64,000 bases of DNA from Antedon mediterranea (GCF_964355755.1 NC_092676.1:8409888-8473887); one strand, 5' to 3'. Numbered from the stretch's first letter, positions 27,001 through 37,980 are shown. Made by a program: numbers and translations. The notes: generated by a model not told the origin, from the sequence alone.

Positions 27001-27298
27001 TAAGGTCTAGTTCACACTAAACACATGAGTATAACTTGCGGTGTTGAAACAAATATGTCTACTTTAGGCGGACCCGTGTGTTGCTAGACGTTACAAGACG
27101 TTTTAATTGCATTATAATTTTTTTTTTTAAGTATTTAAAAGACGGACAGGTGAGAGCTAATAGTTTTTCGAAATGAATCTTATGAGCGCCTTTTTAAAAT
27201 ACATAATCTATATTCTTACCTTCTGTTGTTAATAATATCGTTACCAATGCCAAAAGTAGAATCTGTTGACAAAGCGCAAATCCCAATTCTTTCCTCAT
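1..27298 (-). CDS. Partial spliced gene for a secreted-pathway (prepro-) protein; exons 27298-27220, 338-250, 36-<1; continues beyond the left edge
   Basis: Exon 27298-27220 reads ATG..MRKELGFALCQQILLLALVTILLTTE-G|GTAAGA (hydrophobic signal peptide, phase-1 donor). Exon 338-250 has acceptor TTATTTGCAG, is open in the matching phase (VQTRVLRPSNVNQDLLSADDLFRTSKRQSD) and ends in a GTAAGT donor. Exon 36-1 follows TTTTCTTAG and reads SISSEFAKHLEA. Joining across 26.9 kb is inferred from phase compatibility; intermediate exons cannot be excluded. Confidence 0.6.
631..923. mobile_element. Non-autonomous TIR element with TTAA target (Kolobok-like MITE, family A)
   Basis: TTAA|AGATGTGTTGTCCCC...(G)nAGACAATATATCT|TTAA. 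AG..CT termini with a TTAA TSD fit Kolobok; the internal sequence is shared with 5 other copies in the window. Confidence 0.75.
2373..2527. mobile_element. Harbinger/Tourist-like MITE (family B)
   Basis: TIR AGCTCTGTCTA(C/A)ACTATCAAAC...GTTTGATAGTGTAGAC(A/T)GAGCT flanked by TTA/TAA. Confidence 0.75.
2602..2743. mobile_element. Diverged palindromic Harbinger-like MITE (family C)
   Basis: AGCTTGTTTCCTACT..ACGCAACGCAAGGA..GACCAATCAC..GTGATTGGTCA..TTGCGTTG, matching the intact copy at 30455-30633. Confidence 0.65.
3332..3679. mobile_element. Kolobok-like MITE (family A)
   Basis: TTAA|AGATGTATTGTCC...GGGGGACAATACATCT|TTAA. Confidence 0.8.
3855..3960. mobile_element. Truncated family B MITE
   Basis: CTGTCTACATCAAACTTTATGTGAC..GGGCATATCACTACCATATTTG matches family B; it breaks off into the adjacent satellite. 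Confidence 0.6.
3964..4352. repeat. Minisatellite of 14/15-bp monomers (TTCAGCGCAC core), dimeric ~29-bp unit on the right
   Basis: Repeated GTTCAGCGCACATG / TTTCAGCGCACAGAGTTCAGCGCACGTG. Confidence 0.95.
4643..4676. mobile_element. P-element-type excision footprint (17+17 bp TIR remnants, 7-bp TSD)
   Basis: CTTGAAC|CAGGGAAGAGTGAAATT-AATGTCACTCTTCCCTG|CTTGAAC. Confidence 0.75.
5645..5882 (+). mobile_element. tRNA-derived SINE (family 1; central domain resembles MetaSINE core)
   Basis: A box TGGCCGAGCGG (5653-5663), B box GGTTCGAGGC (5708-5717), body CTCGGATAAGGACTATA..CGTAGGTCC..GCACTTTAAA; an inverted second copy lies at 33669-33960. Confidence 0.8.
6363..6579. mobile_element. Family B Harbinger-like MITE
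   Basis: TTA|AGCTCTGTCTACACTATCAAAC...GTTTGATAATGTAGACAGAGCT|TTA. Confidence 0.8.
8086..8357. mobile_element. Family A MITE, opposite orientation, right end clipped
   Basis: TTAA|AGATGTATTG...GGGGGGACAATA; the interior is the reverse complement of the 3332-3679 copy. Confidence 0.7.
8930..9100. mobile_element. Family C MITE fragments
   Basis: AAGCTTGGTTCCCACTACGACGCAACGCAAGGACGTAAACGCAACG..CCAATCAC..GTGATTGGTCA. Confidence 0.7.
10190..10915. repeat. Cluster of family C MITE remnants with a ~96-bp tandem duplication (10718-10915)
   Basis: Multiple GACCAATCAC/GTGATTGGTCA and TTGCGTTGCG motifs; a right TIR CTAGTGGGAACCAAGCT near 10661; two copies of GCATAATATTGGTCAAATTATTTGCGTTGCG. Confidence 0.7.
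13560..14000. repeat. Tandem repeat, 68/72-bp unit, about 6 copies
   Basis: AATAGTCAACCAATAATAGCAAAGTAACAGAAATACAATACAGTAAAGGTAGCGGAAGAAGTAGTACC recurs at 13631, 13699 and onward. Confidence 0.95.
14100..15430. repeat. Tandem repeat, 93-bp unit, about 14 copies
   Basis: GCAATGGAAGACAATGGTAAAAGTATCTACAGAAGTAGTACAGTAATACAAGCAGCCTACTAGCCTCTAAATATTAGCAGAGTTG.. at 14129, 14222, 14315 and onward. Confidence 0.95.
16298..16346. repeat. Perfect 23-bp inverted repeat with 3-nt loop
   Basis: GTGTAGGCCTATCACACGTGGCC-CCT-GGCCACGTGTGATAGGCCTACAC. Confidence 0.95.
17866..18248. mobile_element. Foldback element, ~120-bp inverted arms with ~145-bp spacer
   Basis: 17866-17986 (CACCGTCTTATGAAATTAGTGAAGACC...) is the near reverse complement of 18130-18248; no clear TSD. 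Confidence 0.7.
18878..19225. repeat. Diverged ~180-bp direct duplication
   Basis: ATAGATT(T/G)ATACTTAGACCACAGTAGC...AGAACTATCCATCAAATGGT..GTCTGCAAAATTAA..GCAGACAATA occurs twice. Confidence 0.8.
19852..20298. mobile_element. Three nested/tandem family C MITEs
   Basis: AGCTTGGTTCCCACTAG starts at 19852, 19890 and 19976; right TIRs end at 20154 and 20298; TAA is duplicated at 19887-19889 and 20155-20157. Confidence 0.85.
25375..25772. mobile_element. Harbinger-like foldback MITE
   Basis: TIR AGGCCCATTTACACTAGGACGATAACGAT...ATCGTTATCGTCCTAGTGTAAATGGGCCT|TTA; imperfect inverted symmetry extends through most of the element. Confidence 0.8.
26690..26814. mobile_element. Family C MITE (partial)
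   Basis: GACCAATCACAAGCGATGG..TTGCGTTGCG..CTAGTGGGAACCAAGCT|TAA. Confidence 0.7.
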
Positions 27299-28682
27299 TT
27301 TTACCACCAATTTAAATGCGAATAATAACGTCAGTGAAAAAATAATTATAAACTTGTAACAACTCGTATTTGATCAAGCTGTTCGTATAATGCACCGGTC
27401 CGTCGTTTAACTTATCTCCTATTGGTCCTATCTTGCACTTGACTGTATCTTTTCATTTGCTCGTTCCGTTTTCTGTGGGAGGATCACTGCTATTAATACA
27501 ACGTTCATAAAATCCCGCCTTCCTCGACAACTCGCTAGAGAGGCGACGCCCTTGGCAATCAGATACCTTAAGTAAACACTAAATTGATATTGGAAAAGAG
27601 CTTAATGAATATTTTATTCTTTTCGAATGAAAAGAAATGGTTTGAATGACATACAGTGGCATTTTGTCGGTGAAAGTAATTCCCAATTACGCCTACTACA
27701 CATGCGTGAAATATTATCGTCTGAGCAACATGTAAACATGCGCAGACTGTTTCGGCAGGCCGACTGCGTAATATCGAACTCCAATAATACTTGATTCTCG
27801 ATGAAATTCCTGAAAGCCTCTCACTCGTTGCGATGGTAAATATAGGTGTACATAAATTGTCAATTCTGATTATAAATCATCGATTCGGTCCGTAAAAAAA
27901 TATGTTTAGTTGTGGCCGGCCAGGTTTGATATTTGATATAAGCATGATCTATTTTGGTAAAGTGTTTGATTAAATCTTGATCAACGACCAATACTAAATG
28001 TTGTTCGTGTTACTTCTCTTTATAATACGTATTTGAACACTTATAGTAGTCCTATCCTTCAGTGACCGGTAGTGAATGTTAACATATGAAGAGGTTACAC
28101 TTTACACCTTTGGTTTCAGTGATCGCTTTTAACACCTACTGTATTTGTCATGCTGATGCCTACAATACTTATTGCGCGCATTGGTGTATTGAAAAATACG
28201 ACTTAGGCTAAAAAATTTCTATTTTAAAGCTCCCTTTAATATCGTTTTCTGTCACAATGTCTATGAGTAAACCTACCACCTAGAAGAAAGAAACAAAAAC
28301 CAGAATATGTATGCGTTAGGTAGGCATACACGTGTAACCGTTTATAATATGCATACGTTTAAACGTGTATAACGTGTATGAGGAATATTCGTTTATACGT
28401 GTATTTGATAGGCATGTGTAGTATAGTATATTTATTTGAACTTACACCTTTAAATCGGTGGCACTCAAGCAATGACAATTGGTGCGTTCGTAAGTAGAAA
28501 TTACAAATTCACAAACTTAACTAAACAAATATGTAAAAAACAAAAACAAAAATGCATAAACATTAACTAAAGTCTACTATACAACAAAATAACAATTTAA
28601 AACTTAAATTAACTGATGTTCAGATGTTCAGATGTATTACATGGAAGTATTATTGTTTATACATCGAAGCATTATACGTTTA

Positions 28683-28814
28683 AGCTTGGTTCCCACTAGC
28701 AAAGCAACGTAAGTGATTTGACCAATCACAAGCGATGGATTATTTGAACAGTGGCTTGTCATTGGTCAATTCGTTTTGCGTGTACGTCCTTGCGTTGCTA
28801 GTGGGAATCACGCT
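28683..28814. mobile_element. Family C MITE (short variant)
   Basis: TTA|AGCTTGGTTCCCACTAGC...GCTAGTGGGAATCACGCT|TAA. Confidence 0.75.
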
Positions 28815-29702
28815 TAATAGGCATATGCACGTTTATACTATACAAACATACGCTACGTTTTTTGTGTAGACACACGTTTGCGTTTGTTATGGACAAATAC
28901 GTATGTGAATCTATCATCAAACTATCGAATTGAAATTATTTTGGGCATTATAGCAAGCCATGATGTTTTCGAATTTGATAAAATTGAACAATAATTACGA
29001 TCTAGACTAAAATAAAAATAACGTGGGCACATATTGTGTTCTGTTTGTGTTCAATTATCGTACCTTAACATGCATTTAAAACTTATACATTACAGAATTG
29101 AATGAACGCGACCTTGAATTTCTCGATTATTTATAGTTATTGGTAATTTGATAATTAATATCATGTGTAGGATTCAAAAGCGTTCATTTGCATTAATAAA
29201 AGCCATTTCATAAACCTTATTTTTAACAGTTATACTGATGATGGTGAGAGAAAATGCCATGTCCTTTAAAAAATAAAACCCTGTGAAATAATTGACATTA
29301 TAAAATTGCAATAATTTCAGAATTTCAAAAATATTATTACTGTAATCAAAAATGAAAATGAGTTCTATTGAATCCATTTTGAAAATCGATTAATTAAGAT
29401 AACACATTCTATATTGCAAGATTCAACTCATCCCATGTATAATGTATTTGAGGTGTTACCCACGTAATAATGTATTTGAGACGTTACAGGTCCATCATCT
29501 CTCGCACAAATAGGTTTCGTAACAGCTTTTATCCAGCTGCCATGCAAAATTGTTTTTCATTTATCTGTTTTTGTATATCTCAGAGCAAACATAATTTATA
29601 AATTTGATATGCAAATGACAAAATAAATGGAAGTAATTTTCCACTGATGAATGAGTGAAATCAATAGTTTTAATTTACTTTCTTGTTTCTGTACATTCTT
29701 GA

Positions 29703-29959
29703 ATGTGCAATTGAGCATGCGCACCATTGCACGTGGGATGGGTTCAGAATTGACTTGCACATCACCATGTGCAATTGAGGTGCGCACCATTGCACGTGGG
29801 ATGGGTTCAGAATTGACTTGCACATCACCATGTGCAATTGAGAGGTGCGCACCATTGCACGTGGCATGGGTTCAGAATTGACTTGCACATCACCATGTGC
29901 AATTGAGAGGTGCGCACCATTGCACGTGGCATGGGTTCAGAATTGACTTGCACATCACC
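29703..29959. repeat. Tandem repeat, 63-65-bp unit, 4 copies
   Basis: ATGTGCAATTGAG(AG)GTGCGCACCATTGCACGTGG(G/C)ATGGGTTCAGAATTGACTTGCACATCACC at 29703, 29767, 29830, 29895. Confidence 0.95.
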
Positions 29960-30074
29960 TGTAAATAACAACATAATTATATCTGAAATATGCTTGTATT
30001 GTCGAATTAACATTAAACCATCATTAGCGTCACACCTAATTTAATATGAACTTCCAGGATATAATTTTCTATAA

Positions 30075-30234
30075 AGCTCTGTCCACACTATCAAACTTTA
30101 TGTGAGACAAAAACATGTGATGTGCTTATATATGGACATGATGATGATCATATCACTACTATATTTTGGCATATCACGACCATTAGGTACATCACACTTT
30201 TTTGTCAAACTAGTTTGATAGTGTAGACAGAGTT
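30075..30234. mobile_element. Family B MITE
   Basis: TAA|AGCTCTGTCCACACTATCAAAC...GTTTGATAGTGTAGACAGAG. Confidence 0.8.
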
Positions 30235-30313
30235 TTAAATAACTCTGTTTGATGATTTTAAAAAAGGATTAGGCTATAAAGGTAACATTTACATATTATG
30301 CCTACAATCTATT

Positions 30314-30730
30314 GGAGCTGTAGCTTGGTGGTTAACGTGCTTGCCTTCAAATCTCAACGTCCATGGTTCAATCCTGACCTGGTGCTAGGGTTCAATCCTG
30401 ACCTAGTGCCAGCGTTGTAACTCACGATTTTTTCAGCTCCACTCCCTATCCTAAAGCTTGGTTCCCACTAGAACGTAACGCAAGGACGTAAACGCAACGC
30501 AAGCGTTTTAACCAATGACAAGCGAAGTTATAGACAGTTAGCAATCACACGCGAATAAGCCATCGCTTGTGATTGGTCAATTCACTTGCGTTGCGTTTAC
30601 GTCCTTGCGTTACGTTCTAGTGGGAACCAAGCTTATGTCTCAAATGATACTTTTATAAGCACGATAAATTATAAAATAGTTTACTCATCCTGTTGGCGAA
30701 AAACTCGCTGTTGGGTGCGATGAGAGAAAT
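30314..30730 (+). mobile_element. tRNA-derived SINE (family 2) interrupted by a family C MITE
   Basis: GGAGCTGTAGCTTGGTGGTTAACGTGCTTGCC (A box) and duplicated GGTTCAATCC (B box); colinear with 34823-35068 except for the insertion 30455-30633. Confidence 0.75.
30455..30633. mobile_element. Intact family C palindromic MITE
   Basis: TAA|AGCTTGGTTCCCACTAGAACGTAACGCAAGGACGTAAACGCAACGCAAG...CTTGCGTTGCGTTTACGTCCTTGCGTTACGTTCTAGTGGGAACCAAGCT (long perfect TIR). Confidence 0.85.
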
Positions 30731-31631
30731 AAACACAAAACTGTGTTATTCTGGGTGAGTTTCCTTCACTTTTCCGAAACGTTTTCCAGAAATTTAGGAA
30801 CAATGTCAATTAATATAACAGTATGTGTTCAGGCCTTAATATAAATACAGCCTTTTTCCTTTGTTGATCCAACAGATCGATACGTTTCGCAAACATTCTG
30901 TTTTGCTGATCCGACATTGACGTTACCCCACCCCCACTTTTTCCCTATGTCTGAATGATGTCATCGTATATATGTTAGAGGTTGTTTCCACCGTCATCCC
31001 TGTTTATTGTATCTGTAGTTTTACGTATCAAAATAGAAGATAGGAAAGAAAAATTCTCTCTTATGATATTAATAGACTAAATATAACAATACTGGTAATT
31101 GCAAATTGTATGTGAGAGCTGCGAGAAATGTCAACAAATATTGTAAGCGATGGATTCAGCCACCTTGATGATAGAATGTGAGATACGATAGATTATAAAA
31201 ATTGGTCCGCTGTATTATAGAATGTAATTATTAATAGAAGGTGGATTGTTACATAATGATATTTTCTAATTATGTTTGAGTTTATGAACTCTTTAGGTGT
31301 CGAGTTAAGGCAGCATGAAATTGAACTTATCTAAGTTCAAACAATGTTTTTTGTATTCAATTTTATACGAATGAAAATAGATACTTAGATATTTTAAATA
31401 CCAGCACTCGATTCTTTGTATCTCTACACAGTATCATAGGAAAATTCTGCAAAACAATGTCAAATTCAATTTCTATAATAATATTTAAGAAAAGGTACTT
31501 TACCATACTTAACTAGTACTGTATACTTAAACAGATAAAACAATATAATAGAAAAATAATTTTAGAAATTACAATTATTATATACAATTCAGTGCAATTT
31601 TAATATTATCCTAGTTGAAATGGACCTTATG

Positions 31632-31633
<2 letters not shown>

Positions 31634-31709
<76 letters not shown>

Positions 31710-31740
31710 ATGCGGGAGGAGAGAGAGAGAGATGCGGGAG

Positions 31741-31771
<31 letters not shown>

Positions 31772-31774
31772 GGG
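31634..31774. repeat. (GA)n microsatellite followed by poly-G
   Basis: Directly visible; interrupted twice by TGCGGGAG. Confidence 0.98.
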
Positions 31775-32909
31775 AAGGGTAGAGTGGAGGAAGCGGGAGA
31801 TCTTGCTTGGAATGAGGCTGATAGGGACATAGACGAAATGTTAATATCTTGAAATATATTCATTTGGATCCTAATATTATAGAAGAGATTTTTCTTTTTA
31901 GTTGATCCAATAGATTGAAAGTACTAAAAATTGTACTTACAACAACTTTTCACAAACTTTTAGTTTGCTTTCTTAAATAGAATGATGTTGATCTTGGTTA
32001 CAGTCTAGTAGATTTTGAAGTTATAATAGGTGGAAGAAATGGGAGGATGGTCCTAATTGATTAAACAACTTTATATAAGAATTTATTGTTAATTAACATT
32101 AAAGTGAAAACTATTTAAATTTTATTTCAGTTATTAGCATTCCTACATTTAGACAGTAGACTATATTCTGTTAAATTAATACATAAACTACCTTTATGTA
32201 GTATTTGTGATAGAAGATATTTTCCAGACATTTAAGAATAACAAATCTAGGCAAACGCATACTGCACATACACGTTAAAACAAGTGTAGGCCTACAGAAA
32301 GTTGATATAGCCACCAAAATTGTTGTTAAATTATGATAATGATTTGTTATGTAACAGCAAAGTTTTTCTACTGAGACAGCTGATATAGTAAATGTTTATG
32401 TACAATCATCAAGGGATTATAACTTTATGACAATTATATACTGATAGAAAATATGTCCAAACCAATAGTTTTTATGTTTGTTAGTAATGTCATATCACAT
32501 CACACCGGTATATTATTTGCACTCTACGTTTCTTAAAGATTAATTCAATTCAATTCAACTTTATTTCAGACAAACTGTCCATAATGAAACATAACATACG
32601 ATAATAAAAAGGAGAGAGAAATACAAAGTATGATAACCGTTATGGAGAGAGGATCAAGAGTTATTTTTTGACATATGGTGCCTCTCTCCACTTAAAATAC
32701 ATTTTGGAATCAAACAATAAATATTCATATATACAATCTAACATTTTATTTTTGCTTTTCATACTTCTGGAAAGAAAACTATAAATTGTCAGCCTCCAGA
32801 ATTCATAAAAAAATAGAACATTATATCATTATATTCCATAAACAGATTTCTTGCACTTGAGATATCGGGGTTGACCTTAGCATGCGGAAGGCATAATTAT
32901 AACATACTT

Positions 32910-33220
32910 TAAGTCTCCCAACATGAAACATGAAGATTGATAAAATCAGATTAACTAATTAATAGGCCATTTTTTATTTTTAATAAATCTAATCACTAAT
33001 TAATAACAAAAAAAAATGTTTCATTTATAAAAAGACAAAACAAACGGTTAAATTCCACCAAAATGCCAAACATTTTAATATTTTTTGCTTTAAATTACAC
33101 TTTGTTTCAGGTAAATAATTTGTTTAGCTCCAATTTTGTGTCAAAGTGAATAACTATTATGGGACATCAAAATGGCATATTCAACAAAAAACTTTTTTTT
33201 CTGAGGGGGACAATATATCT
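32910..33220. mobile_element. Family A MITE, left end degraded
   Basis: Interior matches 3332-3679; ends GGGGGACAATATATCT|TTAA. Confidence 0.7.
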
Positions 33221-33668
33221 TTAAAGGAGCCTGTTTCATCAAAAGAAATTCATCAAAGAGATTGCCGCGTATCCGTAATTTTTAATGTCGATTCTGAACT
33301 TGAAATATTCAATAACATATTATATTGAATACATCTTCATTGAAAGATAATAACGAAATACGTCATAATCAAAAACGAAAATACTATAGCCCTTTGCGCT
33401 ATCAATCGTTGATAATAATTGACTTATTATTATTCCTGCCATATAAAGCGCACTTTCTTTGCTCATGGGGCTTACAATGTTTGCCAATAAACTTTGGAAA
33501 TTATTGAGAAATATATATTATAACGATGCAATCAAATCCGCATAACTGTTTCTTCTGTGACAGATTATTAAAGGAATATTTTTAGTTTTAAAAAAATCAT
33601 CAAAAACAGTACAATAGAATCCCCATATATGGGAAACCGATATTGATTGATTGAAATATATATTTATA

Positions 33669-33960
33669 CTGGATAACCTCTTCAGTCAATGACTGGTCTC
33701 CCAGAGGGCCCAGTTGGTGATCAGTGGCTGTGATGTACTAATACACCGGGGTAACCCCCTACACGTCTCGAAAGGTGTACTAGGTTCTTTAAAGTGCACA
33801 CGAGCTAGATGTGTACACTGGACCTACGGTTTATAGTCCTTATCCGAGAAGACTCGTTCTACCACCAGAACCATGGAGTGAGTGAGCCTCGAACCCCTGC
33901 CGATGTTATGGCTATGGATTACGGTTCCACTGTCTTAACCGCTCGTCCACTCACTCACTC
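33669..33960 (-). mobile_element. tRNA-derived SINE (family 1)
   Basis: Reverse complement of 5645-5882, with A/B boxes at the right end (CCTCGAACCC, CCGCTCGTCCA) and a longer 3' part. Confidence 0.8.
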
Positions 33961-34822
33961 ACTAAGGGGACACTTTCCATAAATCTAAGGAAACCTCGGT
34001 TACGTCAGAAGGCAAGAAATGATCTTATTCACCTCTATTATTATACCTCTATTAAGGAGACATTTTAATTGGTCTTAAATGTACCAATTTTAACAGAGGT
34101 CTTACTGTATTTTGTTTAGGTTTTTTGGCTGTTTAAATGTAAACATCAAATTATGGCCTACCTCTCGTTATTGTTTTTTTTTATTTGGATTCAGTTTTAT
34201 ACTATTTTCTAAAAAAATTTAAATAATCAGTGCATCTTCTGGTTTTATAAAATGTATTATAATTTTAAAATAGTGAACCTAAAAAAAAGCGTGACTTAAC
34301 CTAAATAACACACGCGACGACATAATGCCTACGAATCACCAAACACTTCATCTACACATACTGCCTAATCCCGCCAGAGACATTTTTTTTCATAATGGTT
34401 TTTTTAATGTTCAAACTATAGCACTGATTTGCTTGTTTGTGTAGTATGAGTATGTGCTCGACACACGTCATTTACAGTGACGTAGGCTATTGGGAAAAAA
34501 GGTTCTAAAAACTGTTTGAGGGATACATTGTGTGGGATCGGAAGCTCACACCACCAACACCGATTAAGATTATTATTTATACATCAACACAAAACGGGCT
34601 GGGGTGTGCTAGTGCTGTTGGAAAATATTCAATAAATATTTATTTTTTCTATAAAATATGTGCGGAATACGAATAAACGCCTATTATATTTCTTATATCA
34701 TTAGATACAATAGAACTATCCTTTTGGTTAACCACATTTCTCATCAATTTTTTTTATGTACTATAAGTCATAATACACACTAGAAGGTGAAGTGTTCCTT
34801 TAGTGAGAATGTATCCTTAGTA

Positions 34823-35068
34823 GGGGAGCTGTGGCTTGGTGTTTAACGTGCTTGCCTTCCAATCAGAAGGTCCGGGGTTCAATCCTGATCTAGTGCCGGG
34901 GTTCAATCTTGACCTAGTGCCAGGGTTGTAACTCACGAATTTTTCAACTCCACACCCTAAGCCTCAAATGAGACTTAGTTTCTATAAGCACAATCCATTA
35001 TTAAATAGTCCTGTATAATTGGCGAATTACTCGCTGTTAGATGCGTATGATGAAATAAGAAAAAACAA
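34823..35068 (+). mobile_element. tRNA-derived SINE (family 2)
   Basis: GGGGAGCTGTGGCTTGGTGTTTAACGTGCTTGCC...GGGTTCAATCC (x2)...A-rich tail. Confidence 0.75.
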
Positions 35069-35487
35069 TAAGGATTTGAGTGTTAAAACATGAAATATAC
35101 ATTAAACACGTGTTACTGAAATATATCACTCATAATATACTTTATAACTATTATCATACTGTATAATTACTTAAGTTAGTTCTCCCAAGTGCCTACCAAC
35201 ATTTTTATTTGTCACATAAGCACTTTGTGTAGGAGAAACGTTTCGAAATAGAAATCTAATAACATACATCTTTAAAACTACAAGTTATTTCGGAAACGTT
35301 ATATTACGTTGTAAATAGTAAAGTAGTAACATTTTTAAAGGACGAATAGAATGAGATGAGAGATATAAGTTTGAGCTTGTTACGTGTAAACGGTAACATC
35401 GTTATAGTAGCCGAGAGACCCTCGAATATGACATTAGCAGTCACGTGTGGACATATACCGGAACTCACTGAGTAGCATGCAGTGTAC

Positions 35488-35812
35488 GTGTAGACAAATT
35501 CGATAACAATAGGAGCCATATAGGGCTATATGTGTAGACAAATGGTGACAGCAACGCATACGTGTAGACAAAACATTGTAGTCATGTAGTGTATAGCGTG
35601 TAGTAGACAAACTGTAACATGTAGTGTATAGATGTGGGTTGTGGTCATGTAGCTGTCATGTAGACAACCGGTAACAGGTAGTCATGTAGTGTTGACAAAC
35701 GGTAACATGTAGTCATGTAGTGTGTAGACAAACGGTAACATGTAGTCATGTAGTGTATGGGAACAAACGGTTGTAGTCATGTAGTGTATACGTGTAAACA
35801 AACGGTAACATC
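35488..35812. repeat. Degenerate ~33-bp minisatellite
   Basis: GTAGACAAACGGTAACATGTAGTCATGTAGTGT variants. Confidence 0.85.
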
Positions 35813-37420
35813 TAGCCAATATGTTTGTATAGTTACGTAGAACCTATGGCAACATCGTTACGTTAACTGAATTATCTTCCTTCAACATAATCATTATCAT
35901 CTGAAACATTATCATCATCATCGTCAAATTCACAATTAATCTCATTCAGATCGTTCGTTTTGAGGACTTACAACCGCCACCACAAAAGTCTTTGTTCAAT
36001 CGTATGCATGTACGTCACAGAGGAGGGTTCTAAATTCGTCGAGTACACCACGGAAGTATATATTATCTAGTGATCATTTTATTGAGTTAAGTTCTATAGC
36101 TAATTCAAGATTGACGATGTATTTTTAAATATTATCAAAACTAAACATCGTCTGTGAATCTGAAGAGAACACGTAATATTGCCTCGTCGTAAAATGTGGC
36201 CTAGATATTATTAATTTAGAAAATCATCATCGCTCAAAATATGCCTGCACTCGACTTCTGTGATAATGTTAGCGTCGTTAGGATGCTTAAGTGCTTACAA
36301 AATAATGAGTGCTTATTGATTGAGTTTATTATTTGGTTTTATTAATTAATTATACTCGTGTTAATTTCCGGTTTCATTACACCTTGATTTTCATCCGCAC
36401 TTAGAAATACTACCGATACTTCTTATGGTTGTTTTAGATGCTTTAGGCCATATCACTGTTCTCGTTCGTGTATTGTTGGGCCGGCTACCTTTATCTAATA
36501 GCGGGGCTTGTGTTTGTACTCTACGAGTCAATGGATAATGATGCGGAGGATGTGAGTGTTTGTGCCTACATTTTGCCTCGCTATAGAAACAGATGTAAAT
36601 TTCATGTAAACCCGCACTTAATAAAGCACTTAGATGAAGCATGGAGAGAGAGAGAGTTTAGACCATTATCATCAACGAAGAAGTGTTTATTTTTGGTATG
36701 CCTTTCCCTCTTTATTCAGAATGGTGTTGGGTGCAAAGAGTCAGTGGGGGAAGGAGAGGGCACGTGACTTGTAGTTAACTTAGCTTTCCCCTCACTCCCA
36801 TCAAAGCAGTTTAATTTAACAAAGCAGACTATCTCGAAGTGTGCCACTGTTGTAACATTTTATATTAATTAATATCCGATCAGTACGTAACCGAGTTATG
36901 TTGTATGAATGCAATAAAAACTGTTTTTATTACCAATATTACCACGAATGCCGAATTTACACACACAATAACATTTCATTTGAAATGAATTTGTGTTTAT
37001 TAAGCTACATAATTAAAGTAATAAAATGCTTGAAATTCACGTCACAAACTTAATAACTATTGAGGTCGATTATAGTAACGTTTTGCATTTTTTCGGTAAA
37101 ATTCAGCAATTAGTTCTTTTATGTTAGTGCTGTATGTTTTAATTCAATTCAATAATTCAATAAACTTTATTGTCAAACTCATGAATGGCTTGAAACTTTG
37201 GCTGAAAGTACACACATTAAAATTGTCTAAAAACATTGTCGCATAAACAGTAAAAAAGAATAAAATCACATAAAACTGAGAACAAGATGTCATATAAAAA
37301 GTTAAAAGAGGGCACAAAAAATACAAATTGAGTTTAAAATACAGCTAAGATACTTATTGCGTTTATCTTTTCCACATTAGGCCTACATTAAAATGCCTCA
37401 TAGTAGATGGGAGAAAGGAT

Positions 37421-37553
37421 CTACGTAGGCGTTCAGTGTTCCAAACGTAAGCGTTCAGTGTTCCACGTAGGCGTTCAGTGTTCCAAAAATATCCGCAGAG
37501 GTTCGAACCCAATGCTGAGAGCACTCAAACCTGAGCGTGACCCGTTACGCCAG
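37421..37553 (-). mobile_element. tRNA-like SINE head with 3 short tandem repeats
   Basis: Minus-strand TGGCGTAACGG (A box) and GGTTCGAACC (B box); no valid cloverleaf; adjacent ACGTAGGCGTTCAGTGTTCC x3. Confidence 0.5.
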
Positions 37554-37819
37554 GCCATAAAACAGTACATAATTATTGGAAAACCCGGGCCTGTTATGTT
37601 GTACCTGGTATATTAAGGGCCTAATAAGGAATTATAATATTGTTCAGTTACTTGTTTACTTGCATGTTTTTAATTTATTGCTTGCTGTTATATTAACCTT
37701 TATTTGAAATGCTTCAATACAATACTAATTGTTGCTTCAAAAGTAAGCCTAATTTTTGCTGAGAGGGGGCAGTAGACTATAATATTCCAAACGATTTTTT
37801 ATCTTTGGAAAAAAATGAT

Positions 37820-37980
37820 AACGCCCTCTTTATGTTTGCAAAAAAACAGCGCGCGAACGAATTTGGACGGATCCATTTTAATGTAGCTTAATTTTCTTAT
37901 TTAGCAGCATATCAGCAAACTTGGCTAGCGAGAGCGAGAAGCTGCATGCTCCCGAGACTCTTCCTTTCTTGCATGGTAAT
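37820..37980 (+). promoter_or_regulatory. Probable Nup50 promoter and non-coding first exon
   Basis: Locally CpG-rich stretch ending in donor ATG|GTAATT at 37976; acceptor TTTTTTAG at 38446 lies just upstream of the start codon. TSS not determined. Confidence 0.45.
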
